From assembly GCA_964016885.1 (NCBI GenBank), contig OZ024749.1:27342001-27406000 (forward strand): a stretch of DNA of 64,000 bases. Reading direction: 5' to 3'. Made by a program: the position numbers and the translations under genes. The notes under the pieces were generated by a model. It made no database searches and was not told the DNA's origin. It saw nothing but the letters and a program-made list of their open reading frames with translations. Source of the DNA: Eledone cirrhosa (Eukaryota). How positions within the stretch are numbered: position 1 is the first letter of the stretch; every line of letters starts with the position of its first letter. Positions 52,246 to 64,000 of this stretch are shown piece after piece.

Positions 52246-52629
52246 GTTTTTTTGTTTAAAATGAAATTTTGGGTACAAAACCCCAATAACTGGCTATTTA
52301 ACCCCGAAGGGCCAAATAACGGACAGAAAGACCCCTCTCACGAGGAGGAGGGTGTCTTTATCAACAATTTGGTTCAAGTTTTAAACAATTTACAATTGTT
52401 TTAACGGTTAAAAATTACTATACCTTACAGAGCCGAGCCTCCGTCAACCATGGCATTCAATAATAATAATAATAATATAAATATTTTTGAATGTTTTTAT
52501 ATTTTTAAAAACTTGAACTGGTTTTAAGATAAAATGAAGAAAATATCCTTGTGGTTTATCAGTAACTAGAAATTAAAATTTAAATAAATTGGAATACCAT
52601 GTTAAGTAGATGAGTTATACTTTTATTTG

Positions 52630-53510
<881 letters not shown>

Positions 53511-54005
53511 TAAAGAAATTTATCTTCACTCTTAACGATCTGTACTTCATGGAACTACATTAGCAAGATGTTATTGAAATGTACAAAACAGCACTATTAG
53601 TGATAATATTTATTTATCTTTATTCTAATACTGTAAATTTTCATTAAAGAATCTATCCAAATCAAGATACTGTAAACAATTGAATTAACAAACTATATGT
53701 AACCACATTAGCAAGACATTCCTAATAAATACAACACATAACTATGACTGCATCATAAAATCTTTCAAACTCTGTTCAATAGTAAATATGCTATAAACAT
53801 TTGAATTAACAAGTCTGTTTTTGTTTTTTTTAGATATTTTCTGCTAAGTTATTACAAGACGTTAAGAGTTAAATTTTTTATGAGGATTAACATTTTGAAC
53901 AGCCATGATTTCAATTTAATAAACTAACTTCCCCACCTCAACATAGATTTTCTTTTTAAATATTCAAATGATGGGTAGGTGTAATGTGTTTATATATATA
54001 TAAAA

Positions 54006-54074
<69 letters not shown>

Positions 54075-54179
54075 CATACATACATACATACATACATACA
54101 TACATACATACCCGTCTAACCCATGCTAGCGTGGAAGAACGGACGTAAAACGGTGATGATGATGATGATGATGATACAT

Positions 54180-54490
54180 ACAATTGAAAGGTTGTGAGTT
54201 CAATACTCAGACCGGGTGATGTGTTGTTTCCTTGAGCAAGACACTTTATTTCACATTGCTCCAGTTTACTCAGCTGTAGAAATGAGATGATAGGGACTGG
54301 GGTCCCTATCATTCCACTGCAAAGTGGTCATGGAGGTGCCACGGCAAAAAAGCACCCAGCCCACACTGTAAATGAGGTTGGTGTTAGGAAGGGCATCCAG
54401 CTGTAGAAATCAAGCCAGAATCAGTTCCCGTCCCACCCTTGCAAGCAGGGAAAAGCGGACGTAAAATGAAATGATGATGATGATGAAATG
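54180..54490 (+). mobile_element. SINE family A, 5'-truncated
   Basis: Matches 62400-62705. Confidence 0.8.
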
Positions 54491-54491
54491 A

Positions 54492-54535
<44 letters not shown>

Positions 54536-54540
54536 TATGT

Positions 54541-54732
54541 TTATCCCGGGTTCAATCGGGGGTAACCACAGTAAGTAAGGTACTCAATACAAAGCAGAGT
54601 ATAAATATTTAATATAGAAAGGCTTCTGCAGGACTAGAACTGTTTCATTCGGGAGAAATCATCAGAAAGCCCTGATGATTTCTCCTGAACGAAACAGTTC
54701 TGGTCTTGTAGAGGCCTTTCTATATTAAATAT
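54541..54732. mobile_element. Fold-back element of hammerhead family B (core on both strands)
   Basis: TCATCAG at 54659-54665 and CTGATGA at 54672-54678, back to back in inverted arms; (TA)n flanks. Confidence 0.72.
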
Positions 54733-55284
54733 ATATATATTGCTGCAAACATGTTCTTTATAGTCAGTTTTTGTTAAATTATCAATCTATTAATTAATTA
54801 GTTAATTAATTGATTATTCCTACTAGAAATAATTAATTGAATATTATTGAATGAAAGCCGAAAGAGATATATATATAATTAGCTGTTATTGATCCCTTTG
54901 TTCAATTTTGGGGAGTTCTGTTAGTTAGAAGATCTCTTAGCTACAATATACTAAATAGTAATAGAGTAATTTTCTTTTAGGAAATAGTCCAACCTGTTTT
55001 GTTTAAGGTTTTGTCTTTACTCTCTCTCGCTCTCCTTCTTCCTCCTCTTTTTCCTCCCCCTCTCTTCCCCCCTCTCTTTCCTTCTCCCCCCTCCCTCTCT
55101 GTTTAAATATAGAGTAATGTAAATGTTAAAGGGTTAACATAAAAGTGTTCAACTGGCTATAACTGGCCGCTCATACTGACATTAAGGTATTGTTCTCAAA
55201 ATAAATTACATCAAAATATCGTAGATTTGATATTATATGAGATAAAGTCTTTACCACAAATATGCAATAGTATATATATATATA

Positions 55285-56228
55285 TAGAGAGAGAGTTCTC
55301 CCTAAAAATGAAAGGCAGGTTGTATGATGCCTGCATACGAACAGCAATGTTGCATGGCAGTGAGACCTGGGCATTGTGTGCAGAGGATATACGCAGACTG
55401 GAGAGAAACGAAGCTTGCATGCTCCGCTGGATGTGTAATAGTAATATACGTGAACGGCAAAGCATAAACGAACTAAGGAAAAAATTAGAAATAAGAGTGA
55501 TCAGATGTTGTTTACTCAAGAGAAGGCTACGTTGGTATGGTCACGTGATGCGCATGAAAGACGATAGCTGTATAACAAAGTGCAGGGCAATAAAGATAGA
55601 CGGTAGCCACGGAGTAGGCAGACCCAGAAAAACCTGGGACGAGCTGATAAATTCCGACCTCACACACTTACACCTCTCCAAGACAATGTCACTGGACCGA
55701 GACCTTTGGCGGTACTCAGTAATAGAGAAGACCCGCCTTACCTAAATACAAAGTAAAACCTACTACAGTCAGTAGGCATCTCTAACAAAATACACCCCCG
55801 TCCCACCGCCCCCACCCCATCCACACCGCCCCTTTCAATGTTTCCAGGCCGAAACAAATGAGATCGTGTAGATGTCACGACAAAAAACACACAGTCCACG
55901 CTGTAATGTGGCCGTGTAGGCAACACGGTAAAAACCTCCCAGCCCCACACTGTAAATGTGGTTGGTGTTAGGAAGGGCATCCAGCTGTAGAAAACCCGCC
56001 AGACAGTCCACGCTGTAATGTGGCCATGTAGGCAACACGGTAAAAACCTCCCAGCCCCACACTGTAAATGTGGTTGGTGTTAGGAAGGGCATCCAGCTGT
56101 AGAAAACCTGCCAGACAGTCCTATGCGAGCAAGACAATCACTCTTGCCTCAAGTGGGAAAACCCCCGTCCAAACTCATGCAAGCGTGGAACACGGATGTT
56201 AAACGTTGATGATGATGATGATGATGAT
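55285..56228 (+). mobile_element. RTE-clade LINE 3' portion (ORF end, repeated 3'UTR, (GAT)n tail)
   Basis: KGRLYDACIRTAMLHGSETW, RRLRWYGHVMR, GRPRKTW. Confidence 0.88.
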
Positions 56229-56739
56229 GATATATATATATATATATACCCAGCATTCACTGTAAATGAGGTTGGTGTTAGGAAGGGCATCCAGCTGTAG
56301 AAATCAAGCCAGAATCAGATCCCGTATGAGCAAGACTAGGTCAGCTGACCAGGTACTGCCCACGACAGGACAACCTGTCTAACCCATGCTAGTGTGGAAG
56401 AATGGACGTAAAATGGTGATGATGATGATGATGATGATGATGATATATCATCACCGTTTAACTTCCATTTGTCATGTCACCTACACGACCACTTTACAGA
56501 GTGGGCTGGGCGCTTTTAATCATGTTGCCATCACAACCACTTTACAGTATGAAGACTTTGGTAGGGAAAAGTATGTGGGGGCTTAGGGAGGTGGGTATCT
56601 GGGTGTGTGTGAGGGATGGAGTGTTAGGACATGGGAGGTGAAGATCTATGCTTCAGCCTGTGCTCATTGGAAGGCAGATCTGTATTACTGCATAGTGCTA
56701 GAGATCTGTGTTGTGTCATCAACTTTGTGAGGTGCAATT

Positions 56740-58030
56740 GTGCAAGGTCAGCTTTTATCACCTCATGCCAAGTCTTCTTACTCCATAGTTTCCATCAACT
56801 TTGAGCGCTCTGCACCTTTTTATACAGCTGCCATCCTTCATAAGCATCACATATCCATAGCAACACTATCTCCTCTCCTGCACACTGCATCTAATTCCTC
56901 TTATGCCTAGATTTTCTCAGTTTGTTTATGCTTTGCAGTTCATGTATATTACTATTACACATCTATTGAAGCATGCAAGCTTAATTTAGGGAGCTGCAGT
57001 TCATGTATATTACTATTACACATCTATTGATGCATGCAAGCTTAATTTAGGGAGCTGCAGTTCATGTATATTACTATTACACATCTATTGACGCATGCAA
57101 GCTTAATTTAGGGAGCTGCAGTTCATGTATATTACTATTACACATCTATTGAAGCATGCAAGCTTAATTTAGGGAGCTGCAGTTCATGTATATTACTATT
57201 ACACATCTATTGAAGCATGCAAGCTTAATTTAGGGAGCTGCAGTTCATGTATATTACTATTACACATCTATTGACGCATGCAAGCTTAATTTAGGGAGCT
57301 GCAGTTCATGTATATTACTATTACACATCTATTGACGCATGCAAGCTTAATTTAGGGAGCTGTAGTTCATGTATATTACTATTACACATCTATTGAAGCA
57401 TGCAAGATTAATTTAGGGAGATGCAGTTCATGTATATTACTATTACACATCTATTGAAGCATGCAAGATTAATTGCAAGTGCCCTGCAGAGAGTGCCTTG
57501 GGCTGACTACCATGCACCATTGCTGTTCATATGCATGCATCATAAAATCTGCTCTGCATTTTGAAGGAAAAACCTTTTGTAGTTAGCAGCGGTAGTAACT
57601 CCACAAACATCTTCCATCCTGTTCTCAGTCTGGCTACTGTACTTTCTAAACACCCACCTCCACTACTAATTTGGTCACCTAGGTAGCAGAAGTTGTCTAC
57701 TGTTTTTATATTTACACATAAATCAAGCTTATGGATATTATCCAACCATTTTACTTGTGGTATACTTCTGGGTCTCCTGTTAGGTGGGGATTCTTGCTTT
57801 AGACATTCTAATCACATGTCCATAGTATTGAAGCTGTCATCTCATGATGCAGAGAAGTAGCAGCTCCACCTGGAATGATTCCATGATCTTTGAGCTCACA
57901 CTCTATTGAGTAATGTTACTCCAAACACCCTTTGGGGGAACACCATTTCAGCCACTTGTATTTGCGATTGTATTCTTTTCATCATTACACAAGATTCATG
58001 ACCATAAATAAAGTTTGGCATGAACACCAA
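56740..58030 (-). mobile_element. Decayed RTE fragments containing a 61-bp minisatellite (56934-57472)
   Basis: ORF 57527-57745 (FCYLGDQISSGGGC...RTGWKMF) and degenerate RWYG region near 56850. Confidence 0.75.
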
Positions 58031-59097
58031 ATTGAAGATAGTAAGTTTGACTTTTATAACTACCTAGTAGACAGAAACATTTCCTGTCTACTGATGACCG
58101 AACACTGAAGCTGGAACATTAATGCACCACCTCCTACAATTCTTGCCTTTAATTCAGCTTTCTGTCTTCCACCATAGTAGCACTACAGATGGACATATTC
58201 TTAAGAGGTCCCAAAGCCCTGTTCAGCACATTACATCATCATCACCACATCAATTGACAGAGCCAACTTTGTCACACAGTGTATTCTGCTGAATTTTCCT
58301 CAGAATTATGCTGAGAGTACACTTGCAGGTTATTATCATAAGCAGGCTGTTCTTCTTCTTCTTTGCCCACTTATTCCTAAGAAGGTTGTGGGGGCAGAGT
58401 CCTCAAGAACACCTTCCAGTAGGCTCTGTCAGAAGTAACTGTCTCCAATTGATCCAGCTGGATCTAAAGTAAATGTTTATGCAAAATAAAAGTGCAACTA
58501 AATACATAAAGGTAATTCTTTAACCCTTTCATCACCATATTTCTAATGAAAGACGATGCTTATGGAATCAAGAATTTATAGAAATTTAGTAATATAACTT
58601 TTGAGAGTACATTTGCAAGGTTATATTCATAAGCAGGCTGTTCTGTTGATTGAACAGCTAGAAAACCTTTCCCACTTATTTCTGGGAAGGTCGTGGGAGC
58701 AGAGTCGTTAAACACTCCTTCCATCGGGTACTGTCAGAAGCGACCGTCTTCAACTGATCTGTGAGTACAATTACAGGTTATATATACATAAGCAGGCTGT
58801 TCTGTTGATCAAACAACTGGAACACTGATTTTTAAAAGTGACTGAGGTTAATTCTATTGGAATAACCTATGAAACCAGGTCAAACAAATCAGTTTTTCAA
58901 AGTCTGATGTGATTTAGTTTTTTTTTGTTATTTTTTTCAATGAAATGTTTTGTTATGCACTACATGTTATATATGTATATTATCATGATCATTGATGATA
59001 TATATATATAAAAAATGTAATATATACATATAATATATACTTATAACATATACATATATATATGTAACACACTTCTCTCTGTGTAATATATTTGTAT

Positions 59098-59130
<33 letters not shown>

Positions 59131-59369
59131 TTTACGTCCCCTTTTCCCTGCTTGCAAGGGTGGGACGGGAACTGATTCTGGCTTGATTTCTACAGCTGGA
59201 TGCCCTTCCTAACACCAACCTCATTTACAGTGAGTGCTGGGGGCTTTTTTGCCGTGGCACCTCCACGACCACTTTACAGTGGAATGATATATATATATAT
59301 ACATATATCATCATCATCATTTTACATCCACTTTTCCCTGCTTGCAATGGTGGGATGGGTCCTATTCAG

Positions 59370-61100
59370 CACACCATCTCTCCACTTGTCATGGTCCTTC
59401 GTGAGCTTCAGCGATCTGAAGTCTGCTCTCACCACCTCCGTCTATGCGTCTTCCTTCAACTGGCATTTCTTGGCACTTCTTTACCCAGCGGTCATCCTCC
59501 ATGCGCATCACATGTCCATACCATCTCAGTCTCCTCTCTCGCACACTACATTCTATCCCTCTCAGACACAGTTTCTCTCTCAACACATTCATGCTGGGTC
59601 ATTGACGCACATTGACATTGCACATCCAACGGAGCATGCTTGCCTCATTTCTCTCCAGCCATGGCATATCCTCTGCAGTTGCTGCCCATGTCTCACTACT
59701 ATCACTACTATGCTTGGTCGTTCACACACATTGACACTGCACATCCAATGGAGCATGCTTGCTTCATTTTTCTCCAGCCATCGCATATCCTGTGTAGTTG
59801 CTGCCCATGTCTCACTACTATGCAGTATCGCCCATCTCACATAGGCATCATATAACCGGCCTTTTGTACGCAGAGAGAAACCCTTCTTTGTCAGCAGAGG
59901 AAACAGCTCCCTAAACTTCTTCCAACCCGTCCTTATTCTAGATACTATGGCCTCGGAACACCCCCCTCTCATGATAATCTGATCACCTAGGTATCAGAAG
60001 CTACCAACCATTTCTATAGAACCCACCTGCATTTGAAAAATGTGTCTATCACTGCGATTACTACTGCCAAATTTTCCTGTACATCTACTGCATATGTAGT
60101 TTTCCCTACCTGTTAGTTTTCCTGCTATCCCACTACATCTCTTGTGTACCCAAGATCTGCATTGTGTACATTTTATAGAATTTATGCCAGTTCCTTTTCT
60201 ACATATCGAACATGGCCATTTCCCTGATGGAATCAGAGTTTTGTCCTCTTTTTTACTTATCAACACTTTTATCTTAGCTATGTTCACTCTCAGTCCTCTT
60301 GCTTCCAACTGCTGTTTCCATAGCCAGAATTTATTATCTAGCTCCTCTACTGATTCTCCTATAAGAACCAGATCATCAGCGTAGAGAAGTTCCCATGGGC
60401 AGTCAGTCTTAAGCTCCTCTCTTATGGCTTGGAGGACTATAATGAACAAGAGCGGGCTGAGAACCGAACCCTGATGTACTCCTACTTGTATCTGGAATTC
60501 CTCACTAAACTCCATTCCTACTCTCACTTTACTGACAGCACTTCTGTACATAGCTTGCATTGTCCTCACAAGCCATTCCTCTACACCTAGTTTCCTTAGG
60601 GATCACCAGATGACAGATCGGTTTACCCTATCAAAGGCTTTCTCTAGGTCAACAAAAGCTAAGTATAGTGCCTTATTCTTCTCTAATAACCTCTCTTGTA
60701 GTTGTCTCACTTAGAAGAGGGCATCTGTTGTACTTTTCCCAGACAAAAAAAACAAGCTGCATCTCATCTAATTTGACCCAGCCAAGCTGATGGGAGATAT
60801 CCAACCATCTTGCCTGGGGTCTACCCCTGGGTCTCCTGCCATTGGTTTTGTCTGTAAAATCTGTCCAGTGATTCTTTCCTGATACATTCTAACCACATTC
60901 CCATAGTATTGGAACTGTGATCTCTCAATTCGCAGAAATAGTGGCTCTACCTGAAGTGACTCTCTATTCTCCTAGCTACGCCCTCTATTGAGTAACGTTA
61001 CTCCAAAGACCCTTCAGAGGAACCCCATTTCAGCTGCTTGTATTTGCGATTGTATTTGGTCATTACCCAAGATTCATGACTGTAGGTAAGGGTTGGCACA
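59370..61100 (-). mobile_element. Frameshifted RTE-clade LINE remnant(s)
   Basis: ORF pieces with GVHQGSVLSPLLF, LLYADDL, CSICRK...CTQC..WVHKRC, RLRWYGHVMR; internal duplication near 59620-59820. Confidence 0.88.
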
Positions 61101-62362
61101 AATTGTACATATATACAGAACAAATAATATGTAAATTTAAATATATACTTCCAGATGTTAAAATGACCTGTCTATGAGATTATAGGCCATTTTAACATCT
61201 GGAAGTATATATTTAAATTTACATATTATTTGTTCTACATATATGTATAAAATACTAGTTTTTTCTCAATATATATATATATATCCTGTTATATATTGTT
61301 TATACTTATATATATATATATATAATCATCATCGTCATTTAACGTCCATTTTCTACACTAGCATGGGTTAGACGAGTTGTCCCATTGTGAGACAAGCCAG
61401 ATCGAATGACGGTGCTTTGCTCACACGGAACCAATTTTGGCTTGGTTTCTACGGCTGGATGCCTTTCCTAATGCCAACCACATTTACAGTGTGTACTGGG
61501 TGCTTTTTTAGTGACACCTACATGCCCACTTCACAGTGTGGACTGGCTGCTTTTTGTCGTGACACCTACATGACCATTTTACAGTGTGGACTGGGCACTC
61601 TTTGTCATAGCACCAATATGACCACTTTATAGCATTGATTGGGGGAGGTGCATGAGAATTGAGGAGGTAGATCTATATTTAAAGTTTGGCTCTGACATAG
61701 CTATATACATATATGTGAATTTCGTGTATCTAATGATATATAATGATATATAGTATAAATAAACATTTGGAAAGTATTCTAGCTATGAATATTGAAAAAC
61801 TGATGGCTAGTGCCATCTACCAGATTCCAGCAGAATTTGTGGGGGGACAACTGTCAATGCATTTCTGACTCTGGATGTCATCAGGACAGCGCTTCCCTGC
61901 AGGGATTCTAAATAAAAAATATTTTTTCACATAATTATGAGTACAATTAAACACAATTTATATAAAAGGGAAAAGAAAAAAGTGTGAGAAAACACATCCA
62001 CTCAATCATAGGACACAATGAAGGGTACTGGAGTTTCCCTCATAATTATTGAGGCAAGTTAACATACATGCAGTACTTTAGCAGGTGATAGCGAGGCTAA
62101 GAAGCTGGAATGACCAAGCACCCTCATTGGCATCGCCTGATCTGTCGGTAATGTGACCTACTAACAATGACAAGAACCTTTGTCAAGGGTGCAGCTCCCT
62201 CAGTTATATCAAATAGCATAGAATGGAGAGATTAGTTTACTGTTAATTCTTGGTATTTTTTAATTACATTTCCCACTAATCCCCATATCTAGATTTTATA
62301 TATACATATGAGTGTGTGTGTTTGTGTGTATAAATGGAGGCACACATATATATATATATATA

Positions 62363-62700
62363 TGGAAGCACATGGCTTAGTGGTTAGAGCATTGGCCTTG
62401 CAATCGAAAGGTTGTGAGTTCAATTCTCAGACCGGGTGATGTGTTGTTTCCTTGAGCAAGACACTTTATTTCACATTGCTCCAGTTTACTCAGCTGTAGA
62501 AATGAGATGATAGGGACTGGGGTCCATATCATTCCACTGCAAAGTGGTCGTGAAGGGGCCACGGCAAAAAAGCACCCAGCACTCACTGTAGATGAGGTTG
62601 GTGTTAGGAAGGGCATCCAGCTGTAGAAATCAAGCCAGAATCAGTTCCCGTCCCACCCTTGCAAGCAGGGAAAAGCAGACGTAAAAAGATGATGATGATG

Positions 62701-62705
<5 letters not shown>
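62363..62705 (+). mobile_element. tRNA-derived SINE family A, full length
   Basis: Box A/B head, body, RTE-like GGAAGGGCATCCAGCTGTAGAAA tail, (GAT)n. Confidence 0.85.
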
Positions 62706-62743
<38 letters not shown>

Positions 62744-62777
62744 GTATATATATATATATATAAATGTATATATATAT

Positions 62778-63504
62778 ATACCACCATTTTTAATGAATGT
62801 TTAACTCCATTCCTGCACCAGGCACAGGATACCACATCTATGATGGATGATCTACATAGCGTTGAATGCTTTAATTTATTGCATCATCATTTACTAACCC
62901 AAATCACCAGTTCTACCCATTGGTAAACAATATAACAAATGGTATACATATATACACACACAATATATATATACATATATATATACAATATATTGAGAAA
63001 CACACAGATACATGCGGACACACACATATACATGAATATATCCACATCCATCCTTGAGTTAATGGTGCCAACCTTAACCGATGTTGCTCTATGAATAACT
63101 GGGACAAACCAATCCGAATATATACATTTATATATATATATGATACTGGTTCAGTCTAATCCATTCGGATTGGTTTGTCCCAGTTATTCATAGAGCAACA
63201 TCGGTTAAGGTTGGCACCATTAACTCAAGGTTGGATGTGGATATATTCATGTATATGTGTGTGTCCGCATGTATCTGTGTGTTTCTCAATATATTGTATA
63301 TATATATGTATATATATAATGTGTGTGTATATATGTATACCATTTGTTATATTGTTTACCAATGGGTAGAACTGGTGATTTGGGTTAGTAAATGATGATG
63401 CAATAAATTAAAGCATTCAACGCTATGTAGATCATCCATCATAGATGTGGTATCCTGTGCCTGGTGCAGGAATGGAGTTAAACATTCATTAAAAATGGTG
63501 GTAT
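62778..63504. repeat. Near-perfect inverted repeat with about 340-bp arms and about 42-bp spacer
   Basis: 62778-63119 is the reverse complement of 63162-63504; mirror-image ORFs 62913-63107(-) and 63175-63369(+). Confidence 0.95.
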
Positions 63505-63750
63505 TGTATTGGGGGATGGTTTCCTGTTACCACAACACTAAATTGGCAAGCCATCCAAATCTATCCTCTATTTTCTGTTCTGTTTGTGTTCTGTGTTAAC
63601 TAATTCTGCAATCAACACCTGATGAAATCGTCTATGTCTTGCATCATGATTGGATGATGAAACTGGGCCATTGAAATATGTATATTGTTTCACGGAATTA
63701 AAATTTTATAGAAAGATTCCAGTGAGGCCTTCTGTTGTTTTTTTTAATGA

Positions 63751-63787
<37 letters not shown>

Positions 63788-64000
63788 TATGTGTGTGAGT
63801 GTGTATATGTGTATATATATATATGTATATAAGTGGAAGCTTAGTAAAATCGAAGCTTTGGCTGCGGCCAAGCAAAATAGACCTACAATTAGGAATGACT
63901 AGCAAAGCACTCAATAAGGGTAGGCCCTTAGAGTAATAACATTACGTTTAGATAGCTTGACAAATTGAAAATTGCAGCAGGCAAAACCCAGCCATACAAT

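Larger units (their letters stand above)
46393..52459 (-). mobile_element. Full-length Tx1/L1-clade non-LTR retrotransposon (5'UTR, ORF1, ORF2, 3'UTR, (ATT)n tail)
   Basis: Two intact ORFs 35 nt apart; AATAAA just before the (ATT)n tail; identical 18-mer ATAATAATAATAATAATA at 46375-46392 and 52460-52477 (candidate TSD). Confidence 0.93.

Noticed and set aside
58065-58110. CTGATGA next to a hairpin (AGTAGACAG/CTGTCTACT)
   Set aside because: No properly placed helix II plus GAAA and no helix I/III arrangement, so not called a hammerhead.
62913-63369. Two nearly identical 64-aa ORFs on opposite strands
   Set aside because: Simply the two arms of the palindrome; low-complexity and no coding signature.

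Overview
AT-rich, microsatellite-dense animal genomic DNA. The repeat landscape suggests an octopus or other cephalopod (inference). I can read 14 minus-strand coding exons of a TMEM214 orthologue: ATG at 38311, all introns GT-AG and phase-compatible, with the 3' end running off the left edge of the window. There is one isolated plus-strand exon of an NDST (heparan sulfate N-deacetylase/N-sulfotransferase) gene at 46184-46296. A full-length, intact two-ORF Tx1/L1-clade LINE (46393-52459) has an 18-bp TSD in an (ATA)n microsatellite. The rest includes decayed RTE LINEs, two tRNA-derived SINE families, mariner, piggyBac and Helitron-like non-autonomous elements, and many minisatellites. The most striking signal not explained by these is a dense set of hammerhead-ribozyme motifs (CUGANGA...GAAA...UH) from several unrelated sequence families. 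Most sit in short non-coding elements that form fold-back palindromes inside (TA)n tracts, and their helices vary while staying paired. They resemble Penelope-like pLTR or retrozyme elements. All calls were made by eye; no searches or folding programs were run.
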